Positions 27,714-39,500 of a DNA stretch of 64,000 bases are shown in pieces. Under the pieces are notes generated by a model. That model did not search any database, was not told the origin of the DNA, and worked only from the letters and a program-made list of their open reading frames with translations. The DNA is taken from contig CAJNYD010000069.1 in the NCBI GenBank assembly GCA_905331295.1, positions 124,001 through 188,000 on the forward strand, given 5' to 3'. Every line of letters begins with the position of its first letter. Position 1 is the first letter of the stretch. Origin of the DNA: Rotaria socialis (taxonomy: Eukaryota). The translations under genes and the position numbers were made by a program.

Positions 27714-27853
27714 CATAATTTACTTGCAATAAAATTCATACTCAAATCGCTACTATAAGATGTATTTTATTTTATCACCTTATTTAGAAGATACAAAACA
27801 ACGAAGAATTTTGGAGAAAACCTAAGTCAAGTAACGCAAAAATTAGCAATTAA

Positions 27854-29008
27854 TTACAATTTATCGATAAATGTTCGTATTTTGTTTTGAACACACGCAG
27901 CTTCTGGCAACCATCTATGATACATTGGATACGTATGCATTAGACCATAGCCTTTATCTAATATAATTTCACTATTACTCTCAAGTATTTTTTGTTCTAA
28001 CATTAGAGCATCACAATAAAATAGCTCTCCGGTTCCTACGCTTACATAAAGTGGAGGAAAACCTTGAAAGGAATGTTCGATTGGATTTACTTCATTCAAT
28101 TGTTGAGTAAATTTTCCAAAATAGGCGGGACCTTTAAGATTTTCATCAATGTTAAATATTTGTTTTCTCAAGTTAAGTGCTAATTGAAGTGAAAATAAAA
28201 CACGATTTTCTCGTGTATCACTATCCCGTTCGGTATCCATAAAACTTAAATCGACCCATGGTGACAGTAACACAAGACCCCGAGGAACAGGCTGTTGTTC
28301 CTCAACCATAATTTGAATAAGACGCAGCCACATTAAGCCGCCTGATGAATCACCCATACCAACCATTCGTTGAGTAATATTCCGATCAAATTCTAACATA
28401 GACATATAAACAGTAACTACCTCATCAATAGACGAAAGTAGAGTGCTTTCGGGAGAAAGTCGATGTTCAATATGAATTACTGGCATATGATACTCTTTCG
28501 AGAGGTAACATTCATAACCCGCATAAGTATCAATATCACCCGACACAAAACCGCCGCCATGTATATAAAGAAGAACATCTTGACTTCTATCAGTCCAATC
28601 GTTCATATCACCCTCTTTGATTGAATATGCATTTACTTGTCGATTATTGTATTCATATACAATTGGTTCAATTTTACATGTTTGCTTATTACGTTGTGGA
28701 TATAGAGTCTTAAATATTTTTTTAGCTATTGAACGATATTCTATTAATTGAGTTCTATCTGGTGAAGAACTCAAAAACAGTGGAGGATCATGAAGTCTCA
28801 TAATTTCTATCAATGCCTGAGATGCGCGACTTAAAACTGATGGTGGTTGAAATAGAGATAGCGCCCAAATCCGAGCCATGAATATTGTGTGCAAAGCAGT
28901 TATACGATCTGATTGAGAAAAATATAATGTTCGATAATTGATAAATGGTTGAATAAAAACCATCGAACCAAATGTAAACGTTAGCAATAACAGCGTAATA
29001 CCCATCAT
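27854..29008 (-). CDS. Intronless HSL/GDXG-family alpha/beta hydrolase (esterase/lipase) with N-terminal membrane helix
   Basis: 384-aa ORF with LYIHGGGF, GDSSGG nucleophile elbow, LLSPWVDLS, FPPLYVSVGTGE, GLMHTYP. Confidence 0.9.
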   Translation of the reverse strand: MMGITLLLLTFTFGSMVFIQPFINYRTLYFSQSDRITALHTIFMARIWALSLFQPPSVLSRASQALIEIMRLHDPPLFLSSSPDRTQLIEYRSIAKKIFKTLYPQRNKQTCKIEPIVYEYNNRQVNAYSIKEGDMNDWTDRSQDVLLYIHGGGFVSGDIDTYAGYECYLSKEYHMPVIHIEHRLSPESTLLSSIDEVVTVYMSMLEFDRNITQRMVGMGDSSGGLMWLRLIQIMVEEQQPVPRGLVLLSPWVDLSFMDTERDSDTRENRVLFSLQLALNLRKQIFNIDENLKGPAYFGKFTQQLNEVNPIEHSFQGFPPLYVSVGTGELFYCDALMLEQKILESNSEIILDKGYGLMHTYPMYHRWLPEAACVQNKIRTFIDKL

Positions 29009-29463
29009 ATATGTATATATTATACGTGTTATATTTCAGTCACTATTCGACAGGATATGTGTGTATATATATATATCTATATATATAGGATTAAGCATCC
29101 ATTCTGGATTAATTTTTTCTTTCTACCTTTATTTTTATTTGAAACCAACCGTCAAAAATATTACGAGTTGTTCTTCTTTACTACAAATCAATCTAATGGA
29201 TTGATAAGCCAATGAGTTTATCTAGAAATAAATTTAAGATAGTTTTTAAAAAATTTCTCTATAATTTCTATTCACAATAAAATCGTCCAGAATTATAGGT
29301 TAGAATCAATATGAATACTTTTCTTTCTTGGAAATATTCTAAATTTATATTGAAACAGTTAATGTCGCTGAACCTCTTACATTATATCTGTATCAATAGA
29401 TTCAATATAATCATCAGTATACAGGCGCAACTTAACAGATCACTTTTAAAAGGATATTCTAGG

Positions 29464-29840
29464 CAGAGCTCGGACGAAAGTATTTTTACTTGTATTGTTC
29501 GTACTTTTATTTGAAAAGTACGAAAAGTACAAGTGCAACTAATTGTACTTTGGGAAAAGTACTTTGTACTCATATGTTCCATTCATTAAGACTCACCCAG
29601 TATAACTATCAAGTACTGTTACCACAGTATAAGTATAAGCACCAAATACTTTACTTGAAACACAAGTAGAAGTACCAAGTATTTTTTTTTCAAAGTACAA
29701 GTACAGGCGCAAGTATACGTGTGACACGACAAGTAAAAGTACAAGTTCATTTTTTTTAGTACCAGTAAAAGTAAAAGTAAATATTTTCAAGCACAAGTAA
29801 AATACTTTTACTTGCTGTACTTGTACTCGTCCTAGCTCTG
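29464..29840. mobile_element. hAT-type MITE
   Basis: TIRs CAGAGCTCGGACGA / TCGTCCTAGCTCTG; perfect 8-bp TSD ATTCTAGG (29456-29463, 29841-29848); internal AAGTAC repeats. Confidence 0.92.
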
Positions 29841-30632
29841 ATTCTAGGATATACCAACGATTCAATCAAAACTTCAGATAGAAAAAATGGAAGAGGTCAT
29901 CATATAACAATAGATGCAAATTCAAATACTCTTACGCTACTTTCCGTATTTATAAAGCAAAGTATTTATAGATTGATCGTGAAGTTTAAGTAGCGTTTAC
30001 AACTATTTTCTTACATGAAGCACTTACATTAGAACAATTATTAGAGTTCCTCTAGTTATTTTTGAAGGAGTTTTAAAAACAAAAAATATCTAAGAAAACT
30101 CAAATTTGACCTTCATTTTTCAAACGAATAAGTTTGCAAAAGTTTTATGATGCCATCATCTTCGAATGCGTAATTTCATAGAGACAAAAAAAACTATACT
30201 ACAGTCAATAGGATATTTCTGATAAAAGAAATTTCGATTTTACTTGAATACCTTATTACATAAAAATCAAATGTTTTCCAACTTCTCGCTTCGAATATGA
30301 CATCTGGTGTTTGTCAACGCAGGATGAAAATCTTTTTTATTAATTTATGACGCTAGTTGCAAGCATTCGTTTTTCTCTTGCCACTGTTTTTATTGATGAA
30401 AAATGAAGACCAATGTATTTGATTTACAAGGAAGTAGCATATTGAAAACAAAAATTATTTCTTTCTCATGTTAAGATAAATTACCTTGACTATGACTGCA
30501 CAGCATACCACACCAATTTGATAATGGCGTGGTATGATATTAATTCAGCTTGATTCATTTTTTTTCACGACCCATCATCACTGCATATGAGACATAAACG
30601 AAATTTAATAAACAAGATGCAAACCTCACGAT

Positions 30633-30781
30633 TAGGGGGGTAGTCAGGAAGCCTAGGGGGCTCAGCCACCCCCCCCCCGTTAGAAAAAATAAAATCCTGT
30701 GAAAAAATAAGTATAGCTCCCCTACGATACCTTTGACCAACGACTTAGCCCCCTCCACAATTTTTTCTGGTGACACTCCTA
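30633..30781. mobile_element. hAT-type MITE
   Basis: Imperfect TIRs TAGGGGGGTAGTCAG / CTGGTGACACTCCTA; perfect 8-bp TSD CTCACGAT (30625-30632, 30782-30789). Confidence 0.88.
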
Positions 30782-31785
30782 CTCACGATCGATCATGATA
30801 AATAAACATGTATTAGTTCTGTTGAAATCACCTATCGAAAAATAATTGTTTGTTAAGTCCATATATATATATAATACTTCAGCTTATTTGTAGTGTATGA
30901 TTTACAATAAACCTCATTTATCATTATTGTCTGTCATTCGCTTATGTTTTGTGCGATGATGCAGAGAATATGAACTGCATGAATACTTACCAAAAAGGAC
31001 GCTATTCTTATATTCTATTCTCCGTATTCTCTGGTTTGTTTGTCTAATGCTCAATGATCTGTAAAATATTGAATTATGAGAGAAAGAAAAAAAACCCAGC
31101 TATCTTATATATGCAACGAGATAACATCCATCATGAATACGCACCCTATGCTAACAAAAAAAATAATGAAAAAACGTCTCTTTTCTACACCTAGACGATT
31201 CGCGACGCATACGAATCAATCATTTTCTCTTCGCTTTTATCCGCACCATGTTATTCCATATAATATTTTGGTCGAAAAAATTTAAAACTAAATACCTCGA
31301 CTACAATCAAAAAAGACGAATATGATTTTATCCCCAAATCGACATGATTTGAATAATATGCAGCTACACGAAAATATCAATGTATTATAATTTAGGTGAT
31401 TTTGTTATTGTTGCTTACGTCAATCATTACTCCGAGTCATTATTGTTTACTACACTAATAATATCACATAAAAAGCCAAAGAAATAGTCCCCACTCGACC
31501 TTCATAAAATACTTTGTAATACCCTTATATCTGGTAAAATCGCGGCTCAAATGTAAATAATTATTCATCGATATTGTTAGACAAGGTCCAATGGTTATTA
31601 TGTTTTTTTGTTTAAATTATCTTGAGTTGAGATAAACAAAAATCTATCACGACACGCGCGCATTGGTTAAAAAAAGAAATTTTACTTCCTTAATTAGTTC
31701 GAACTACGTAAATAATTGCTATTTATCTTAATTTGGTAAATACATTTAGCAAGAAATAATAAAGAAAAGAATACCGAATATATCA

Positions 31786-32332
31786 TTTTTAATGCGGTGC
31801 GAAGCACAGCATTTATGTAGTCCGTCGCGAGTTTTTTTTTGTTTCTTTCTAACTTGAGACGCATAAAAAGTTCTTNNNNNNNNNNNNNNNNNNNNNNNNN
31901 NNNNNNNNNNNNNNNNNNNNNNNNNNNNNNNNNNNNNNNNNNNNNNNNNNNNNNNNNNNNNNNNNNNNNNNGCGCTAATTAAAATGACGTCATCAAGTAA
32001 TAGTAGCCAATAGTCTATTTCTTCGCATCTGATCTAAGATAGTGAATCATTAAAATAATTAATCGTTCAATGAAAAAAATTGTTAGACAACTGGTTGTTA
32101 CATTTTCAGAGAGATTTCCTAGTGATGAATTTCAAAATGGTCGATTTAAGAATAGTGAATGCGAAATTTTTATTCAAAATTCGTATACGGAAATTAAAAA
32201 AAAATAAACGTTTGTAATGAATCTTAAAGTGAATCATTTATTTTTAAATCTTATTCTCGCTACTTTCGAAAATTCGGCTCGTGTGCTTCGCACCGCATTT
32301 CGTAGTCGAGTGAAACTCGAATACCATCTAGT
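31786..32332 (+). mobile_element. Non-autonomous Helentron/HINE-like element, copy 2 (contains an N gap)
   Basis: 17-bp perfect subterminal IR AATGCGGTGCGAAGCAC / GTGCTTCGCACCGCATT, hairpin TCGAGTGAAACTCGA, then ATACCATCTAGTTT; T-runs at both flanks. Confidence 0.75.
31876..31971. other. Assembly gap
   Basis: Run of N. Confidence 1.
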
Positions 32333-33566
32333 TTATAGTTGTATTGATATAATTAATCAGGTATCTGTTTCTTCTTTCTCTTATTTACTGTGATATTCTA
32401 CTCTGAGTTTTTCAGTAAATTTCTTACAGTTATATTATTTGCGGTAAATAAGGGTTATGTTGAAAAGAACAGCGATATCTAAAAAATTATCTTTCAGTAA
32501 AAGAATTAAACACGCCGCGACCTAATATGAATGAAGAATTAATTGATACTGACTCATTCATGGTCAAGACTAGAAAAAAAAAATTTTCTTCATGTTTATT
32601 GCAGAGAAAATTCCATAAAATTATTCACTGATCAATAAAACAGACTACTCTAAGTTATTGACTAATATTATAAAATGTTCCTTGCTCTAAAATAAAGAAT
32701 ATATTTACTATGCAATAGCATAACTTGCGTAAAAAGCTTCTGTGCTTCTTCATGCATAAACTCATAGGATGAAAACTTTATTAAATATATGTTAGCATCA
32801 TTTTTTTCCACTGTAATTCAATATAAAACATTCTTTTATAAGCATCTTGTATTAATCTAAGTCTTATAAAAATAAATTCTTATCGGAATTTTCTACTATG
32901 CTCACAAGTATCGTATATAGGTCTATCAATGAATTTTAAGGAATAATGCAAATTCATCCTTAGACTAACTTAGTTAGGTCTTTTTTTCTTTAACTGTCGT
33001 AAACGAAAATTTAAATAAAATATTATTCCTTTTATCATCAGTATCATTGCCAGCTAGGGACATCTACTAGGAGTATAAGCATATTAAACCGATGTTTATG
33101 TTCTTCATATATTATACCCTTACTTAAATAATAATTGTTGCGTTTGTAATAGTCAATGCTAACATATTCAGACGGAAAGCATTTCTTTAACTATAGTCAT
33201 GGATGATTGATTGGTTACCCTTCATGTTCTAGTATATGCAAATCATGATCAATACAGAGAATAAGAACGATTCGCAAGTAAAAACGAAAAATGGATACCA
33301 TATTGTAGTAGTGAATCATCCTGCCAATAGAATTAAACAGTACGAAAATGAAAGAGTCGATGGTGTCGACGAAACAAGTAATCAATAAAAAAAAGCGAAC
33401 GAAAGAAAGACTGAAAGCAAGAAAGAAAGAGAAAAAAAGAAACATTTAAACTTCTACTCGAATGTCCATTCGTTCTCCTTGTCAACATAAGCACATGATT
33501 TGTAGACTCCTTGCGATTTATTTCATATAATCTGACCAACCTGTTTCTAGATGATCCTCGATCATA

Positions 33567-36500
33567 ATGTCAACAGAAAATCAAGAAATAGTAAATAAAT
33601 TTTCTACTTTTAATTTAAATCTATTTTATTTTGCTAAATAGAATAATTCAAATTCGTCATCGTTAACAAGTGATGATTCAACTGGGAAAATGAAAGGATG
33701 GTTTAAATTAATCGAAACAATTCGTAAATCAGGTTCAGAATCAAATGAATCAATACGATCACTTCCGAACAGTAATTTAAATAATAATTTTATTACAAAT
33801 ACGCAAAGAAATTCATTTGAACATCCTTTACAATCAACAAATATCAATGGACATTCATTAGAATCATCTGAATTAATAACTACAATCCATGCATTGGATT
33901 CACCACCAAATATATTTAATTCGCCATCAATCATTAGTATATCATCAACACCACGACAAAATATAGAAGATATACCGTCAGTAGAAATGGAATCAACTTC
34001 GCAATTACGACGAGAAAGTGCACCTTTCATTGAAATCGAGTCATCAGTAACAACTGCAGGATCATCGCCAGCATCATCAGGTTCATGAAGAATTTTAAAA
34101 TTAATTTTTACTAGAGCAAATGATCAGTTGAGTTTTCAGAGATTGCTATTCAATGAAAATACTATTCAGAAAAAAATGTTGTCTAGATAGATATTTCACA
34201 ATTTGCATTTTTTTCCATAGAGAAATTTCGATCGGAAAAGGTTTTGCTACAAAACTAGAAGCACTAAATAAATAAGAAATTTCAAACAAAAATATATTTT
34301 ATTTAGATTCAAAATCTTCTCCAAAACCAATGAAAAGATCAACTGCACGTAAGTCAACGAGATCGAGACAACCAATGCCCATTGCAAAACCTGCTGTTAT
34401 ATCTACACCCATCACTGAAGATATATCTGATGATGATGATGTGCCAATTATTGACATTCGTGCACCTAAGAAAACATCCATTGATACATTATCGATTCCA
34501 TTGAGAAAAGATTCTATTATTCCGTTAGCTACTGATCTTCGATCATTGCCTGGTCATAGTCAAGATGAAATTCGCGATATTCGTTTTTTAGCTTATTCTG
34601 ATATTGATACATTATCGATGCATTTTCAAACATGTTTATATGTTGATCAAAGATCAGTAGGGTCATCGAAACAATATATATATAAAACACGGTGTAATGT
34701 GTTAAATAAAATTTTAAAATTATATTACATAAAAACTTTTCGAAAAAAATTATCATCAGAAAAATCCTCAAATAAAAATAATAACCACAAACAACAGCCA
34801 TTATCTGTGATAAGTTCACCAACATCGATATCATTTAAATTAGATTGGAATGTCAATAGAAGAAATTCATTATCAACACATCGACATACACCAAAGAATT
34901 TTTTTCATATTTTACAAGTCAATCCCAAAAAAAAATTTTCATTATTGGATGCACCATCGATATCAACATCGAAATCTCCGATTCAAACATTTGAACGCAT
35001 GAAAGATATTCTTGCACGTACATATTATCCGCATTTTTATAAAGCTATCGAATATGGATATCAATTTGGTTCAAAGTCAAAATTTCCGAATACTCAACAA
35101 TTAATAACTACACATGGTGATATTATAAATATTAAAGAAATGCCGGAATCACCAGATTTAATTGATGATTCAATAACAATTACACTTAAATCTCCACCGT
35201 CTACAACAAGACGTGATTCAAGCATAACAATGCAACAATCAGTGGCATTTACTAAAGAGCAAAAAACCAAAAGAACAGAAAATGATAATAAATCACTCTG
35301 TCTAAAACAGAATCAAAGTCAATTATATGAAAATTTTGATGAACTATCATCATGGTCAATTAGAAAATCAGTTGTCGTTTTAACACCAGCTAAAGTTCCA
35401 TTACAATCACAACCAGTAACTGATAGAGAAAAGATTTCGACTGTAAATCGAAAACGAAAATCATCAACAACAACAACAAATTCAAATGTTATTGACAGAA
35501 AAAAGAAACGAATTATATCGCCACCATCACAAGAGATAATCAATCAAATTGAAGATATTTCAGATTCAGATAGGTATGGGTTTTTAAAAAGCTTTTGTTT
35601 CTTACAGCGACTTATTGAATAAATCAAGTAGCAGAGCTGCGTACATCCTTGACATTTTTTTTAATATAGTATTTGAATGACCACTAGAAATTATTATATT
35701 AGAAAAATCAATTGAGCCATATGTGCATCAAGTGTACTATTTATTGAAGTAGATAACAGGATATAGATACTGAAGAGTGCATCTTCTGGATGAATAAGAT
35801 CTAAGATTTGATTCGTAAGCAATTCTAACCCATTTTTTAAGAAGTAACATCAATATTCGCGAAAGGCGAAAGAAATATAGAAATTGACGATGTCTAGACG
35901 ATGCAAATATTGGGAAATTAATTTTTTAACAATCTCAAATTTATCGTGTGCTAACGTGAATATAGTTTTTTTTTGAAATCATGTTTGTTTAATATAATAA
36001 TTACCGTCTATGTTTATCAATTGAATATTTTATTTGTTACTATAGTAAACAGAAAGTAAAATCCTATGAATAAGCCGTACGAATTTTCGCAAGCTTGAGT
36101 AACAAAAAAGAAACAAGCTTAATTTTAATGTATCTATTGAAAGATTATAATAAGTAAATATTTCGACATAAGTAGATATTAGGGGTGTCAATTTACAGTT
36201 TATTTAATTTAAATTTAAATTTTATAAATTGTTTGCATGGGTACACATCATTGCTATGAGGAAAATACGTGACTTTAACAGTAGGAAATATTAAATGAGA
36301 GAAGAACCCAGCATTTTAGGTTAATTTTTGTGCATAATAGTCAAAATTTCTCTACAGATTATGCAGGATCCGTCATCTTTCTTCTTCAAAATACCGGGAT
36401 ACTCTTAAAAATACATTTAATAGTACAATTCGTAGAATAATGACTAGCTTTAACTTTAGAAAACAGGAAACATACTCAAATTTGACTTTAAATAATAGCA

Positions 36501-39500
36501 ATCAAGTCAAAAACTATGTTTATCTACTAGTCTTGAAAATTTAACTAATTTGAATTTCGAACAATTAAATTTAAATTTAGTTAAATTTAAATGTGACACC
36601 TCGTAGATATCATTCTAAAAGAGTACTTAATAAAAATGAGTGTTGTCTTTTATAATGAATTATATTTATGAATGGTATTTTGTAGTGGCACAGATCTTTT
36701 ACCTACACAATTACCAAAGTCATGCTTTATTAAAAATGGTCTTTGTTCAAATTTCTATAAAACAACAACGAATAATAATTCTAAGACATATAGGTTCATA
36801 TTTCATGTTTTTAGTAAATTGAAGTTTAAAATGAATTCTTTATATTTCTTAGTAATAAAGACCGACTAGAAAAGCGACGACGGCAATCATCAGGTTCATT
36901 ACCACCTTTTTATACTGGAATCTTTGAATCTGATAATGAAAAATCATCATTTGTTGATTATCATCTACCATACGATATTTATTGGTTTGCTCAACAACAA
37001 AATAAAGAAAAAACATTAGAAGTTTCATCTGCAGCACCTACATCTTCCATATCAATGTTTCAACATAAAAAGAAAAAATCAGATAAACCAAAACCAAAAC
37101 GACAATCACCGTATAAAAAAATCTTGCGCAATGTATATACAGATCAAATACGACAAAACCTTTTATCATCATATAGTACAGCGAAAGCACCAGTTTGCGA
37201 TTGTAGACCATCTGGGACATGTGAAGATGGTGTATGTGTTAACAGAATGATATTTACTGAATGCCTTCCGGATTGTGTTTGTGGTATGTTCTTGAGTTGA
37301 TTATCTTTGTTAATTATCAAGCTATTTTGTTTGAAAAATAAGCCTTTTGAAATGAGATAAAAGGAGAGCGCAGTATAGTCATTAATACGATTGCATCTAG
37401 TAATAATTTACACTTAGAAAGTTGAATTTTGAGTATATGGATAAACGTTTTCAAACGAATTAAGAAATATATTCAAGTCATCAGGTTGATTTTAAAGAGT
37501 TAAAAATAATCTAAACATTTCCAGAAGTAATTTTGGTCTTAATAAGACTAATGAAGAAAACAAAACTGTTTTAATATCTATCCTGCAATAGGATCAGCAT
37601 AGACAATGAATAGATTTATTAACGTCCTCAATTTCAATATTGTCACAAAAAAATGAAAAATTTCTTCTTCTTAGGTGTTAAATGTAGCAATCAGAAAATT
37701 CGTAAAAATCAATGGTGTAAACATGTTGACGTATTTGATACAGGCAAATATGGTCAAGGCTTACGTGCAATGGCTCCAATAGCCAAAGGTACATTTTTAT
37801 GTGAATATGTTGGTGAAATCATTACAGAAGAAAGATTTCATGAACGTATGGCAAATCTCTATTCAAAAGATGAACATCATTATACAATGAAATTAACTCA
37901 AAATCTAGTTATTGATGCTTATCGTATGGGTGGCATAGCACGTTTTGCTAATCATTCATGTTCACCGAATTGTGAATTTCAAAAATGGACTGTTGATGGT
38001 TTACAACGTATGTGTATGTTTTCATTACGTCCGATAAAAGCTGGTGAAGAATTAACATATGATTATAATTTTGAATGTTTTAATTTGCAAGCTCAACAAC
38101 CATGTTATTGTGAAAGTCAAAAATGTCGAGGTACTATCGGTACAAAACAGTCAGTTACATCAACAACAACAAATAATATATCAACAATAACACAAAAATT
38201 AACACAACGCGAAAAAAAAATGATTTCACAATCAGCTATTTTTCTACTACGAAATCTTAGAAAAGTGAAAGCGAAACATGCTTCTAGAAAAAAAATCTGT
38301 ACTAAACTAAAACAACTAAATAACAAACAAACCACCGTGCCACTTTTTTTTCCACAAAATTATTATCATTCAAATACACCGAACAATCAATCAACATTAG
38401 CTGGTCTAAGAAAAACTCCTAAACTAGTTCACAAAGGTAAAACTATTGATTAGTCAAATGATGTTTTTTTTTTGTTGTTGTAAAGTTCTAAAGCAAATCA
38501 TGCTTGAACCAATGTTTTCTAATTTGCAAACATATATTTTTCAGAACACAGCTAAAATTCATTTCTGTAATTAATTAAATTCTCTTGTTGAAGTTTTATC
38601 GTAGGGAAACAGAACAGTATTATGCAATCAGAGAAAGCACCATCGGTTTCTGCAAATTCATATATCTAAATACAAATCATATCAGAGGAAATTTTCTATT
38701 CATATGAAAATAAAATCTTTTATCTTCTTTAGATTTATTCTACCTATTTTACAATCACATTCGTCGTTCACATTTCATAAAAACTCGTCGACATTATACT
38801 GAGCTTATCGATCAAACATGTTATTATGCTCAACTAGCACAATTAACTCTTATTCTTAATGAAATATTTGAATTAATATCAAATCATAAATGTACAAATA
38901 TAGATATGACACCTTCGATTGTATTAAAAAAATGTCCATCCAAACGTTTATTTCCAGCATATTATGAAATAATAACAAAACCAATTGATTTAACAATGAT
39001 AAGAAATAAATTAGACAATGGAGAATATTCATCATTTCATTCTTTTGAACAAGATTTATTATTATTATTCAAAAATGCTATGGTACGTAAAATCATATTA
39101 AATGACTATTTAAAAATTATTTTTTTTTGTTTTGCAGACATATTGTGGCAAAAATTCAGATGAAGCACAAGCTATATTAGAATTACAAAGTTATTTTGTG
39201 AATACATTAAAATTTGAATATGTAGATATATTAAATTTATTTGTAAATATGAAAGAAAAAGATCGACACTTAGCAAGTTTAAGCACACTTGAAAAGTTCA
39301 TAAGTAGTTTTCATGAAAGAGAAGTTATTCATGGACAAATAAGAGAAATTCTTTATGATGTTATCTTTAATATTGATGATAATTCAAATAATGAATCACC
39401 AATTGTTTATAAAATAGTACTTGCTGGTAATGTTAATTCACATCGAACACTAAGATCAAGAACATCGCCGGACTTTATTGTACATTGCCGATGTGGATCA

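Noticed and set aside
33626..35543. Antisense ORFs over ASH1L exons
   Set aside because: Shadows of the sense coding frame with no independent motifs.
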